Source: Octopus vulgaris
Taxonomy: Eukaryota
Direction: 5' to 3'
DNA: 64,000 nt
NCBI GenBank assembly: GCA_951406725.2
Contig: OX597837.1
Location: 20,398,001-20,462,000, forward strand
In this document: positions 13,604 to 27,892 of the stretch, one piece after another
Position numbering within the stretch: the stretch's first letter is position 1
Layout: each line of letters starts with the position of its first letter
Made by a program: the position numbers and the translations under genes
Notes under the pieces: generated by a model
Told to the model about the DNA's origin: nothing
Database searches by the model: none
What the model saw: only the letters and a program-made list of their open reading frames with translations

Positions 13604-13859
13604 AAAAAAAAATTGCTGTTTATGTTCTTAATGCATTTCTTATACTGTAACGAAATTTTTGTAAAATGAAATTTAAAAAATAGCAAATTTTCCAGTTTGC
13701 TTCAATAAATACATACATGCATACATACACACATATACATATATACAGTAACTGCTAGAGATGCCATAATTTCTTTGTGAAGATCTATGCTAAAAATGTT
13801 TCCGATAGCTAACAATTTTAGTTGACATAGGTATGTATTTTGGCTAAAAGACATGTTCG

Positions 13860-14550
13860 TATTTGATTGTTGAATGAGAAATTTGTTTATACGTCTGCAG
13901 TATATATCAGCAGAGACGCCACCAAAATGTGTATCGGGTTCACAGAGAACACGTTGAAGACCCGCTTCATGCAACACTTGTATATAATGAGAAACAGATA
14001 TATGAGAAACACCACGTCATTTTCAAAATACAGCTGGTACGTAAAAGACAGTAGTGTCTACACTCTACCATGAAGTGAAGTATTGTATCACAGGATCCTA
14101 TAACGGACGAGATTCTAGATGCAACATGTAAGTGACTAAAGAACCAAACAACCTTGCTACAACCAGCACTCTTAAACTTGAGAGAGGGAACGCTATCCCC
14201 TTGCCTGCATGCGAGAAAGTTTAGCCGGTAATCATTCAAGCACACTCCTTCCGCAGAAGAGTTGCACCTACAAACAGGATAGCGTTACCGGATAACCCGG
14301 ATTACTTGACGGAAGAGACCCTCACATGAATCTCTTCATCTCATTATCCGTTTCACCACTACCACAACCACTATCAGCACAAAACTCCTCCTCCTACACC
14401 ACCACCACCACCATCAGCAGCAGCACTCTTCATGTAATCATTGACTGCAGACATATCACTGATGCTTCAGACAAGCCGGATTTTACACTCTGCAAGCAAA
14501 GCATACAATGGCATCTTCTCAGTCGATGTAACTGACTTAACAGCCAAAAA
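13860..14550 (+). mobile_element. Penelope-like element remnant (GIY-YIG endonuclease fragment)
   Basis: VY...CIGFTENTLKTRFMQH...TTSFSKYSWYVK resembles the PLE GIY-YIG pattern YIG.TE..FK.R...H...T.LSKY.W; decayed. Confidence 0.7.
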
Positions 14551-14610
14551 CTAAATGTTAACAGTATTGATACGAAAAAACTCTACTATTACCATAACCA
14601 CTACTCCCTC

Positions 14611-14820
<210 letters not shown>

Positions 14821-15020
14821 TAATCCTTTCTACTACAGACACAATGCCAGAAATTTTGGGGAAGGGGACTAGTCAATTATACTGGTACTTAATTTATCGA
14901 CCCTGAAAGGATGTAAGGCAAAATCGACCTCAGCGGAATTTGAATTCAGAACGTAGCAACGGGCGAAATACCGCTAAGCATTTCGCCCGGCGAGCTAACG
15001 ATTCTGCCAACTCGCCGCCT
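14821..15020 (-). mobile_element. SINE family 2
   Basis: Reverse complement of aggcggcgagttggcagaatcgttagc...gtagaaaggatta. Confidence 0.85.
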
Positions 15021-15028
15021 TGATGATG

Positions 15029-15105
<77 letters not shown>

Positions 15106-15152
15106 TAATAATAATGATAATAATTATAATAATGATGATGATAATAATAATG

Positions 15153-15231
<79 letters not shown>

Positions 15232-15284
15232 TAATAATAATAATAATGATAATAATTATAATAATGATGATGATAATAATAATG

Positions 15285-15325
<41 letters not shown>

Positions 15326-15326
<1 letters not shown>

Positions 15327-15859
15327 GATGCAAATAGGCCAGACATCATATTGAAAGACTTCAAACAAAGAACATGCCTCCTCATTGATATGACTGTCCC
15401 AATCGATATAAACGTATCTGTCAAGACCTACCAAAAACTGAGCAAATATAAAGATCTTGAAATAGAAATCAGCAAAATGTGGAAGCTGAAGACTAAAACA
15501 ATACCTGTTGTCATAGGTGCCCTGGGAATGATAGCAAAAGGGGCTGATAGCTACCTAACTCAGATACCAGGAAACCCAAAAATGGCAGAAGTTCAAAAGA
15601 TAGTGCTCATGGGAACTGCTCATATCCTACGCAAAATACTCTCTATGTAATCTCAAGGTTTAAAACAAACATAATTTTCGGTTTAAAAAAAAAAAACAAC
15701 TTTTTTTTTTAGACATTCATTAGTACAACATCCCCACCCCCCAAATATATGGCACACTAGGCATAACAACAACATGAACTTCCAACCCTGTTGTCTCTTG
15801 AGGTCTCTGGGTGAGACTTGGAGCCAACTTGTACAAATATAAAGCAAAAGTCAAACATA

Positions 15860-15860
<1 letters not shown>
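15326..15860 (+). mobile_element. Dong/R4 copy A (3' end only; same family as copy B)
   Basis: DANRPDIIL...LIDMTVP...KYKDL...HILRKILSM* plus 3' UTR nearly identical to 17750-18306; (AAT)n both sides. Confidence 0.92.
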
Positions 15861-15901
<41 letters not shown>

Positions 15902-15902
<1 letters not shown>

Positions 15903-18109
15903 TGGCTAGTTAATGGGTTAACATTCCTTGGCTAGTTAATGGGTTAACATTCCTGCTTCCAAAAAGTGAAGAAACAAATGAACCAAAAAACTATAGACCC
16001 ATAACTTGCTTAACAACTATGTACAAAACACTAACATCTGTCCTGACGGAATATACCTATAGTTTTTTAACAGACAGCAGCATATTCCCTAATGAACAGA
16101 AAGGATGTAAACGTGGATCCTACGGCTGTAAAGACCAACTACTCATCAATAAGATGATCTTAGAAGATTGTCACAAACGACACAAAAACTTATCAATAGC
16201 CTGGATAGACTATAAAAAGGCTTTTGATAGCCTACCACATAGCTGGATTAGAAAATGCCTTGAAATGTATAAGATAGCACCAACTCTGCGAAACTTCTTG
16301 ACTGTAAGTATGAGATCATGGAGAACGACACTAACTCTGAACAGTGACAGTGAATTCCTAAATGCTGGTGATGTAAAAATTTCGTGTGGCATTTTCCAGG
16401 GTGACTCACTGTCACCACTCCTCTTTTGTTTATCCTTAATACCTCTCTCAAAGCTGCTCAATGACGCGCAGTACGGGTATAAAATGTTTGATAAAAATAT
16501 AAATCATCTCGTTTACATGGATGATTTAAAGCTTTTTGCAAAAAATGATCAACAACTCAAGGGCTTACTAGCGATAGTCAAACAATTCAGTGACGACATC
16601 AGAATGCAATTCGGCCTCGATAAATGTGCAAAGGCTACCTTTATCAAAGGAAAAATGAAAAAATGACAGAAACATCTAACGTTAACCTTGACCAACAGAA
16701 TGTCATAAAAGAACTAGACCCAGCGGAGAGCTACAAGTACCTAGGGATAATTGAAGGGAACGGAATAAGGCATTCAGAGATGAAGGAAAGGATCAGGAGA
16801 GAATGCTATCGAAGAGTGAGAGCAATACTCAAGACAGAGCTGAATGCAAGAAACAGGATCGAAGCAATCAATGCATTAGCTATACCAGTCGTGACTTACA
16901 GTTTCAATATTGTTAACTGGTCAATTACTGAAATATGTCAGCTCGACAGAAAAATAAGGAAACTGTTGACAATGCATAGAATGCACCACCCTAAGGCAGA
17001 TACAGAACGACTCTATCTGCCAAGAAAAGAGGGAGGCCGTGGTCTTTTGCAACTGGCAATAACAATGAAGATTGCTACAATTGGCCTAGACACCTACCTG
17101 AAAAACTCTGAGGACTGGATGCTAAAACTTGTCTCAAAACATGAAAACAAGAAAGCATCATACTCAGTCACAAAACAGGCAAAGGAATATCTAAGTGAAT
17201 TCCGAATACAACCAATTTCGGAGATAGATATACAAGAAACAAGCACAGAAAAAGCTAGGCGCATGAAAACCCGTGCCAAAACTGCGGCCTTAGATATTCT
17301 GAATAATAAATGGCAAGAAAAACCTCTCTATGGCAAATACCCAAAGAGAGCGAATAATGCAGATATCGACAAAGCCCTGACCCATCAATGGCTAATGGCC
17401 TCTGGCTTAAAATCTGAAACAGAGGGGTTTATCATAGCAGCTCAAGATCAATGCCTACCAACAAGAAACTACCAGGCCAACATATTAAAGATCAGAAGCA
17501 GTCCAACGTGTCGTGTATGCAAGCAACAAAATGAAACCATTGACCATGTGGTCTCCAAGTGCAGTCTTCTAGCGCCTACAGAGTATCTCAACAGGCACGA
17601 TAGAGCTGCACAATATATTCACTGGGTAATCTGTAAAAACCTGGATTTGCCCCATGAAAAAAACTGGTGGGAACACAAACCACCCCCAGTGCTTGAAAAT
17701 GACCACATCTCACTCCTCTGGAACTTCACCATTCAAACTGACAGGAAGATAGATGCAAATAGGCCAGACATCATATTGAAAAACTTCAAACAAAGAACAT
17801 GCCTCCTCATTGATATGACTGTCCCAATCGATATAAACGTATCTGTCAAGACCTACCAAAAACTGAGCAAATATAAAGATCTTGAAATAGAAATCAGCAA
17901 AATGTGGAAGCTGAAGACTAAAACAATACCTATTGTCATAGGTGCCCTGGGAATGATAGCAAAAGGGGCTGATAGCTACCTAACTCAGATACCAGGAAAC
18001 CCAAAAATGGCAGAAGTTCAAAAGATAGTGCTCATGGGAACTGCTCATATCCTACGCAAAATACTCTCTATGTAATCTCAAGGTTTAAAACAAACATAAT
18101 TTTCGGTTT

Positions 18110-18140
<31 letters not shown>

Positions 18141-18306
18141 TTTTTTTTTTCTTTTTAGACATTCATTAGTACAACATCCCCACCCCCCAAATATATGGCA
18201 CACTAGGCATAACAACAACATGAACTTCCAACCCTGTTGTCTCTTGAGGTCTCTGGGTGAGACTTGGAGCCAACTTGTACAAATATAAAGCAAAAGTCAA
18301 ACATAG
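15902..18306 (+). mobile_element. Dong/R4-clade non-LTR retrotransposon copy B, 5'-truncated; RT + CCHC + restriction-like endonuclease, one frameshift
   Basis: YRPITCL, QKGC, WIDYKKAFDS, GIFQGDSLSPLLF, YMDDLKL, CRVC..ETIDHVVSKC, RHD, NRPDII..LID, KYKDL; ORFs 16019-16666 and 16624-18075 split by an 8 bp aaaaaatg duplication near 16655. Confidence 0.95.
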
Positions 18307-18361
18307 AATAATAATAATAATAATGATAATAATTATAATAATGATGATGATAATAATAATG

Positions 18362-18425
<64 letters not shown>

Positions 18426-18469
18426 TAATAATTATAATAATGATGATGATAATAATAATGATAATAATG

Positions 18470-18527
<58 letters not shown>

Positions 18528-18562
18528 TAATAATTATAATAATGATGATGATAATAATAATG

Positions 18563-18635
<73 letters not shown>

Positions 18636-18691
18636 TAATAATTATAATAATGATGATGATAATAATAATGATAATAATAATAATAATAATG

Positions 18692-18755
<64 letters not shown>

Positions 18756-18787
18756 TAATAATTATAATGATGATGATAATAATAATG

Positions 18788-18854
<67 letters not shown>

Positions 18855-18886
18855 TGATAATAATTATAATAATGATAATAATTATA

Positions 18887-18962
<76 letters not shown>

Positions 18963-19024
18963 TAATAATTATAATAATGATGATGATAATAATAATGATG
19001 ATGATAATAATAATGATAATAATG

Positions 19025-19097
<73 letters not shown>

Positions 19098-19135
19098 TAA
19101 TAATTATAATAATGATGATGATAATAATGATGATG

Positions 19136-19181
<46 letters not shown>

Positions 19182-19234
19182 TAATAATTATAATAATGAT
19201 AATAATTATAATAATGATGATGATAATAATAATG

Positions 19235-19292
<58 letters not shown>

Positions 19293-19354
19293 TAATAATT
19301 ATAATAATGATGATGATAATAATGATGATGATAATAATAATGATAATAATGATA
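18307..19354 (+). repeat. ~1 kb (TAA)n tract with higher-order variant unit
   Basis: Recurrent gataataattataataatgatgatgataataataatgat cassette separated by pure AAT runs. Confidence 0.95.
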
Positions 19355-19876
19355 GGCTTCTGATCTTAACTGATTGGAAGCGTTATCATGTACATTGTTT
19401 TGTCTTGGTATAAAAGATGGGCTACAGCAAATATTCTGCTCAATACCACAGATTTGCTTGTCAGTTGTTTGACCGTAACCAGTTGAGCATGTCCCTTAGT
19501 GGCTGACGATATGTGCATCTCTGATCACGAGCAGAAGTAGAGGGGGAGCATCATAGCCATGTGTTGAGAGGGATTATTTGGGGTTTGAATAATTCACCTC
19601 TGGAGACATGGGTGGTTTTTTCAACATCCTTAAACAACCCTTATTCAGGGACCGTTTGAGCGGGATGGGCTACTCAACCTGAAGAAAATTCTAACTGGGC
19701 CCCACCTGCAAGGTCATGTGCAGTTTATCTTGATATGAGATCACCACGTCGCGCACATATGGTTGTGATGCATGTGCCTGGTGTGCCCTTATCAGACGGG
19801 TAGTCATGATGGGTATATTGGGCTTCGTATATTTTACCCCAGTGTCACTTTGATGGCATGAACTGCTCTCTCACTC
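19355..19876 (+). mobile_element. ~555 bp TAA-tailed non-coding retroelement, near full length
   Basis: High identity to 28469-28990; TAA tracts on both sides. Confidence 0.9.
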
Positions 19877-19923
<47 letters not shown>

Positions 19924-19967
19924 TAATAATAATAATAATAATAATAATGATAATAATAATAATAATA

Positions 19968-21033
19968 AAAGATGTCCACAGTCACTACTCCCCCCCCCAC
20001 GAAAAGAAGGCGGTAGAGGTCTAATCCAACTTGAAATGTCCTATAAAACGACCACGATGGGACTCCAAGTGTACATCCAAAGTAACACTGACTGGATGAT
20101 ACAGCTGGTAAAGCAAAACGAACAGAGTAAGAAACTGCCCTCAATCTCTAAGGAGGCATATAAACACAGACCGGAGCTTAACCTCCGTGATTATGATGAT
20201 GATAAAGAGGACACATCACCCACTAAGGCAGCCCCAAAGAGTAAAACAGAAGCCAAACAGAAAAGCTTGAAAGTAATATCGAGACTGTGGCAAGGAAAAC
20301 CTTTGCATGGGCAATACCCTAAATGAGCTAAGGAGAAGAACTCATCAGTGGCTGCAGAGTGCAGGTTTGAAAGCCGAAACAGAAGGATTTATCCTAGTGG
20401 CACAAGATCAGAGTCTTTTCATTCGGAACTATCAAGCTAATGAGACACACAATGAGGTAGACACAAAGTTTAGACTCTGTAATTGCAAACTGGTGAGTAT
20501 TGATCCCATTGTTGCCGGTTGTTCAGAATTTGCCCCTATAGAATATAAAACCAGGCATGATTGACGTGGGCAACACTTGCATTGGAAGCTATGCCGTCAC
20601 TATGATATCCCGCACCCTAAAAACTGATGGAGAGATTGGTACCATGGGATACATACAGACAGGCAAATAAATACTAACCGGCTAGACATCGTCATCAAAA
20701 GCCTAAGACAAAAAATGCCTGTTAAAAAAACATCTCAATAAAAGAATTTGAAAAACTGTTGAAATATAAGGACGTTGAGATTGAAATATCTAGGACGTGG
20801 CAGTTAAGAACGGAAACCATCCCTGTTGCTGTGGGTACCTTCGGAGCGATGAAGAAAGGTAGTGACAAAATTTTTGACCAGATCTCTGGGAAACCAATAA
20901 TCTATGAGGCTCAAAAAATTGTGTTGATATCAACCGCTCACATTCTCAGGAAGTTTTCTTCCATCTACTATGTACATCCCTTAGGTCACTTGTTGAGACT
21001 CGGCCGGAGGATGAAATAAAATGCAAATCAATC

Positions 21034-21034
<1 letters not shown>
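19968..21034 (+). mobile_element. Dong/R4 copy D (second family, decayed)
   Basis: RKEGGRGLIQL, WQGKPLHGQY, GLKAETEGFILVAQDQ, RHD, KYKD, AHILRK; (AAT)n tail. Confidence 0.88.
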
Positions 21035-21129
<95 letters not shown>

Positions 21130-21130
21130 T

Positions 21131-21629
21131 AAACCGACAAAACTATAAAAGCTAATAAACCTGATATTATTATAAAAGATCAGACAAAAAAGATGTGTTT
21201 ATTAATTGACATGAGTATTCCTTGCGATCACAATATAGCGGCGAAGGAATTTGACAAGATCAGTAAATATAAAGACTTGCTAATAGAAATTGAAAAAATG
21301 TGGCACCCCAAGGCAACTACAGTGATTGTAGGATCTCTAGGAATGATAAAAAAAGGTATTGAAACCTATTTGAAAATGATACCAGGTTTATCATCCCTAC
21401 AGGAAGTGCAAAAAATCGTGTTAACTAGAACGATAATGCTCTGAGAAGAACATTATCGCTGTGAAAACAACATCCATTCATGAATTTATTTATTTATTAA
21501 TTTTTTAAAATACATATTTTACCTGTGAATTTGCGTGTGTAATCTGGGAATGCATACAATGAGCTTCTCTGCCCTAGGTGTACGGAAAACACCCGGCGAG
21601 AAACGGAAGAAAATTTGAAGAAAGAAGAA

Positions 21630-21630
<1 letters not shown>
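21131..21630 (+). mobile_element. Dong/R4 copy E (third family, 3' end)
   Basis: TDKTIKANKPDIII, LIDMSIP, KISKYKDL; (AAC)(AAT) tail. Confidence 0.88.
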
Positions 21631-21723
<93 letters not shown>

Positions 21724-22655
21724 CCAATACGATACCTACCCGAAATGTGATGCACCCACAAATAGTTAAGGAACAAGATGAAGAAGAAAGAGTAAACAAC
21801 TGGAGAATGAAATCACTGCATGGGTAATACGTCAGAGAAATCGAAGGAAAAGACAAGATCAACACTCGGAGGCGGCTAAGAAATAGTGATCTGAAAGGAT
21901 GCACGGAGGCATTGATATGCAGCTCCCAGGAACAAGCTCTGAGAACTAATTACATCAAGTTCCAAATAGATAAAAGTAGTGAGTTGCCCCCTTTTTAGGA
22001 TGTCTGGCAGCAGAAACGAAACAATCTCACATATTGTGAGTGAGTGTAGCAAACTGGCTCAAAAGCACCACAAAAGGAGGCATGACAACGTGGCTAAGTT
22101 CGTCCACTGGAAAAGTTCGGCCTGAAAAGTATGGCCTGAACAGAGCATGGAAATGGTACGAACATGAACCAGAAGGAGTCACCGAGAACAAAGAATATAA
22201 GAGACTGTGGGATTTTACAATCCAGCCTGACTCCCTAATTGATGCTCGGAGACTAGATATTGTTGTGGTAGATAAAGGAGGAAAAAATCCCAAATCATAG
22301 ATATTGCAATACCTGAAGATGTACGCATAAGTGACAAAGAACTAATAAAGATTGAAAAGTACAGAGGAAGTATCTGTCATTCTAGTAGGTGAAGGGGCAC
22401 TCGGAGCACTAACAACCAATTTCGAGAAATCTGAATTGACATGAGAGCAGAGTAAGCCCCAAAACCTGCCTTTCTGGGGACAGCTAGGATTTTGAGATTG
22501 GTACTTGGATGTTGAATGTCTCCCGCAATAATTAACAACGAAGTATCAAAGGTTATTATGTGCGGAATGAGACCCTGTGTGACTTCTGATGGCAGGCTGC
22601 TGTCCGCTCTCCCAGAATTTACCAGAACAGACAAGACCGAACATTCTGAAAAATA
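21724..22655 (+). mobile_element. Dong/R4 copy F (fourth family, decayed)
   Basis: QEQALRTNY, ETISHIVSEC, RRHD, LWDFTIQ, RRLDIVV; (AAT)(AGT) tail. Confidence 0.82.
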
Positions 22656-22674
22656 AAACAACAGCAACAACAAC

Positions 22675-22795
<121 letters not shown>

Positions 22796-22800
22796 ATAAC

Positions 22801-24893
22801 AATTCCTTTTACAGCCTTTTGCAATTATAAAGGCTGTAAAAGGAATTCTTATAGCTGCAAAGATCAATTGCTCATAAATAAAATGATTGTAGAGAATTGC
22901 CGGAGCAACATGTAAAACCTGAGTATGGCATGGATAGACTACAGGAAAGCGTTTGATAGTGGATATTCAAGGCCTTTGAGATACACGAGATCTCTCCTGC
23001 CGTCTCTAAATTCTTACAAGGTAGCATGGCCAAGTGGAACACACGTTTCCTAAACCATAGAAATAGGATGAGCCAAACTAACAACATCAAAATCAAACGA
23101 GGCATCTTTCAAGATGACCCCCTCACCCCATTACTCTTTTGCATGGCACTCATCCCACTCTCAAACGAACTAAATAACACCAGGTATGGGTTCAAAGTTT
23201 ACAATATGATAATAAACAGTCTGTTTTATATGGACGATCTGAAGCTGTTTACTAGAAATGACGAAGAGCTAATAGGGTTGCTAACAACTGTTAAAGAATT
23301 CAGCAATGACATCGGTATAGACTTTGGCCTTGATAACTGTGCTAAAGCAACTTTTGTGAAAGGCAAACTCAGGCAAACTGCTTCCATTAAATTAGATACC
23401 AACACTACCATCAAGGAGCATGACCCACAAGAAAATTACAAATACCTGGAGATAAACGAAGGAGATGGTATACAACATGCCACCATGAAAGGTAAAAAAA
23501 TTTAAAAAAAGGAATATTACAGGAGGATAAAGACTGAAAAATAAAAACTGAACTCCAAAAATCGCATCGAAGCCATTAACATCCTGGCACTTTCAGTAGT
23601 CCAATTCAGTTTTAACATCACTAACTGGAATCTTACAGAGCTCCAACGTCTGGACAGGAAGACAAGAAAACTACTAGCTTCTAAGAATATGCACCACCCA
23701 AAAGCAGATGTTGATCGTCTATACCTACCTAGAAGTAATGGTGGAAGAGGAATGATGCAGGTAGAAATGTGCTATAAGACCTCAATGGTAATGAACAGGT
23801 ACTTATCTAGTACAGAGGGTTGGATGCTGCGGCTTGTGTGCAAAAACGAAAGTAGCAAAAAAAAATCACATTCTTTTGTCAAGGAAGCTTGAAAATTCGC
23901 AAGGAAACTTGGCGTTAATCCTGAAATATTTGAAGAACCTGAAATCACTGTCACAAAACAAGCAAAATAGATCAAGGAGGTTGTAAAAAAGAACGGGCAG
24001 AAACAAATTGAGGAGCGGTGGAGCCTGAAGCCTCTGTATGGACAGTATATACTTCGAAGTCGAAATGCTGATGTAGACTATCAGCGACAGAGAAGTTCAG
24101 GACTGAAAGTAGAAACTGAAAGTTTCATATTATCAGCACAAGATCAAAGCTTGCTCACAAAAAACTACAAGGCTAACGTTCTTCAAAACAGTTCTGACCC
24201 TAAATGCAAATTCTGTGACACATTTAATGAGACAATAGATCATCTCGTCTCGGGATGTCCTTTGCTGACACCTAGCGAATACAAAAGCCGCGACGATAGG
24301 ATAGGACAGTATTTACATTGGAAAATATGTAAACACTACAAAATCCGCACTCCTGCTTACTGGTATGAACATCATTCTGAGCCAGTCGTCGAAGGTAAAA
24401 ATGTCACTATCCTCTGGGATTTTCCAGTCAGCATCGACAGAACAATCCAGGCAAATCGACCAGACATAGTCATTAAAGTCTGGGAAGAAAGTACTTATAG
24501 ACTAATAAATGTGTTTCCACTGATAAAAGTATATCTGTCGAGGAATTCGACAAACTAAGTAAATATAAGGACTGGAAATTGAAATACAAAAGATGTGGCC
24601 AGAGAGAACTGTTCCTGTTATTGTAGGTGCTCTAGATATGATAGAAAAGGGATGTCAAAGACATCTAGATAAAATTCCAGGAGAACCATGTCTCAGAGAG
24701 ATCTAAAAGATTGTACTGACAAGTATTGTCCACATCTTTAGAAAAAGCCTATCCGTGTTGTATTATATGAAGATACTTCGCTACTTCGACACCCCAAGCT
24801 TTCAGTCATACTGTTACATTTCTTATCTTTCACTCGCCCCAGGACACTGAGTGTGTCTCGGCAAGTGACTGTAACAATCATGCAGCTTAAAGT
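22801..24893 (+). mobile_element. Dong/R4 copy G (fifth family; RT to RLE, decayed)
   Basis: KGCKRNSYSCKDQLLINK, GIFQDDPLTPLLF, YMDDLKL, HHPKADVDRLYLPR, CKFC..ETIDHLVSGC, NRPDIVI. Confidence 0.92.
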
Positions 24894-24916
24894 AAATAAT
24901 AATAATGATAATGATG

Positions 24917-26066
24917 ACAGGATTTAGGATGCACCACCTATAATCTGACATAGATGCAACGTATAGAAAACTATTTCAAAATAACCAGCGTAGGACTTCA
25001 AAAATACTTACATCAGAAGCAAGGAAAATTAATACAAATAGTCACAAAACACGAACAAAACAAAAAATTGTTTTCAGTCTTTAAGGAAGCTGAAAAAGGC
25101 AAAAAAGAACTCACAGTACCTAACAACTATGAAGAAAAAGAAGAAACAACAAAAGCTGTAAAACAACTGAAATCCAAACTAAAACTGGAACAGCAACGGA
25201 TCATGGTAAAGCGATGGTAAGAAATGTCCCTCCGTGGCAAATACTGGGTTAAGCTAAATGCAAAAGAAATAGACAAAATAAAATCCCAGCAATGGCTGAG
25301 CAGCTCAAGACTCAAAGCAGAAGCAGAGACTGAAGGATTTTTAATTGCAGCAACAAAACCAAAACCTCCCCACCAGAAATTATCAAAAACATATAATGAA
25401 AATAAATATAGCAGAATATGTGGAAATAGACAAGAAACAAACCATATTGTCTCAGGTTGCCTAGTCCTGGTTAAGAAGGAATATATTCAGATACGACAGA
25501 GTTGGGACCTATATACACTGGAAGCGATGCCAACACTATGGAAAAACAACAGAAAAAAAGATGGTATGGGCATACGCCAGAAAAGGTCACAGAAAATGAG
25601 AAAGCAACCATACTCTGGGATATGCCAATACACACAGATAGAGAAATTAAGGCCAATAGGCCGGGTATAGTTTCAGAGATCATCAAGAGAAAAAAACTTT
25701 CTAAATGATGTATCAATACAAACAGATGTCAACGTTTCTCTAAAAGAAATGGAGAAACTTTCAAAATAGAAAGACCTGGAAATAGAAGTAACTCGACTGT
25801 GGAGTCTAAAGACAAAAACAATTCCTATCATAGTAGGCGCATTAGGTATGATAAAAAATATTCAGACAAATACATAATAAAAACACCAGAACTTTCAAAT
25901 ATATACAACATACAGAAAACAGCACTACTAGGTACTGCACACATCCTACGCAGAACACATTCAATACAGTAAAAATGGGAGCATCACAACAAACCACAGC
26001 ACATACCCAAGGCACACAGAGCTGCGCTCGGTAGTGAAGTGAAAGCACGATATAAAAATAAGATTG

Positions 26067-26070
<4 letters not shown>
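24917..26070 (+). mobile_element. Dong/R4 copy H (sixth family, decayed)
   Basis: ETEGFLIAA, HIVSGC, ILWDMPIHTDREIKANRP, LGTAHILR; (AAT)n tail. Confidence 0.88.
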
Positions 26071-26134
<64 letters not shown>

Positions 26135-26135
26135 T

Positions 26136-26166
<31 letters not shown>

Positions 26167-26169
<3 letters not shown>

Positions 26170-26998
26170 GGAATACTTGAGGCAGATGGAATTAAAACAA
26201 CGAAATGAAAGAAGCGACAATGAAAGAGTAGCTGCGACGAGTGAGAAAAATCTTGATTTCAAAGCTGAATGCCAGAGAGGAAAAAAGGTAAAACAAAGGA
26301 AGAAGTGCACAAAGGACATGGAGAAGCCTTATACAACAAGGGACTCTACAATCAATGCAATGTAGCCATAACAGAAGTTGCTGGAAAACATAGGTGGGAT
26401 TGGCTGAAGAAAGAGACTGAGAGCACTATACTGGTATTGCAAGACCAAGCTTTGATCACAAATTGGAGGGTCAACGTTAGGAATGAGCAAGTGTCTCTGC
26501 TGTGCTGCATCTGTAACAGAGTAGACAGAATCATTGCCCATATCACGAATGAATGCCCCAAACTTGCCCAAAACACGATGAGTAACGAAAGTGCTACACT
26601 AGAAACTGCCTGAAAAGTGGTGTCTAGAGAGAGGCAACACGTGGTGTGAGCACAAACCGCATATTGTGGCGGAGTCGAAGACCTGCAAAATCCTGTGGGA
26701 TTTCCCAATCCAAACAGATCAGGTGCTAAAGCATAACAAACTGAACTTAGTGGTGGTGTTCAAAGTGCATCACGTGCTATATGGTTGATGTAGCGCGCTC
26801 CTTTGACCCACGAATTCTTAAGAAGGAAGGCGAAAAAATAGACACATACAACTCGCTTAAGTACGAAATAACCTTGCTATGGAAAATGAAGAAGGTGAAG
26901 ATAGTGCCAATAATTTTTGGGTCCTAGGGGACAATATCAGAAGGTATCAAGAGGAATATAAAGGAAATCAGAATAGTGTGCCCATTATAGCTGTTACC
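26167..26998 (+). mobile_element. Dong/R4-type copy I (seventh family, decayed)
   Basis: KKETESTILVLQDQAL, CCIC..HITNECPKLAQ, ILWDFPIQTD. Confidence 0.78.
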
Positions 26999-27001
26999 AG
27001 A

Positions 27002-27465
27002 CTCTCATGACTTCTGATCTTCACTGACTGAAAGTGTTATCATCAACATGGTTTGTCTTTGTATAAAAGATGGGCGACAGCAAATATTCTGCTCAATACC
27101 ACAGATTTGCATGTCAGTTGTTTGACCATAACTAATTAAGCATGTCCCTTAGTGGCTGACAATATGTGCATCTCTGATCACGAGCAGTAGTCGGGGAGCA
27201 TCATAGCATTCTTTCGGGTTTCAATAAACAAACCTTATTCAGGAACCTTTTGAGTGGGATGGCAAAGTCGACCTGAAGTAAATTCTAACTAGGCTCCACC
27301 CGCAAGGTCATGCGCTGTTTATCTTGACATTAGATCACCATGTTACGCACATATGGTTGTGATGACTGATTTGCGCTTATCAGACGGGTAGTCATGATGG
27401 GTATATTGGGCTTCGTATATTTGTACTCCAGTGTCATTTTGATGGTATACATTTCTCTCTCACTC
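27002..27465 (+). mobile_element. Older, diverged copy of the ~555 bp TAA-tailed element
   Basis: Colinear with 28437-28990 with deletions; ends ctctctcactc plus (AAC/AAT)n. Confidence 0.85.
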
Positions 27466-27802
27466 AACATCATCATCAACAACAACAACAACAATAACAA
27501 TAACAATAATAACAATGATGATGATGACGATGATGATGATGAATCTATTTTTTTTCTTATTATCTATTAATATTTTATATCTATTAGTTATCAATATTGC
27601 TATTATTTCTGTTGGTTAACATTTACTAATAATTGCCAATAGTTTATTAATTAAATATTTATTTGATATATTCGTTACCTTTATTACTTTTAATTATTTA
27701 TTCATTTATTTAATTTAAGTATTAATTGGATACTATATCATATGAGCATCAATATTATTAACAATATTTCTATTGTTGTTGTTGTTGTTGTTATTGTTGT
27801 TG

Positions 27803-27887
<85 letters not shown>

Positions 27888-27892
27888 CATCA

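Noticed and set aside
16624-16666. Programmed frameshift between the two Dong ORFs
   Set aside because: Explained by an 8 bp duplication; copy G reads through the equivalent KATFVKGKL region in one frame.
18257-19363. 368 aa poly-Ile/Met ORF (also 14555-15650 poly-I/N/Y ORFs)
   Set aside because: Reading frames through (AAT)n tracts; only the last ~108 aa of 15102-15650 is real, and it is retrotransposon sequence.
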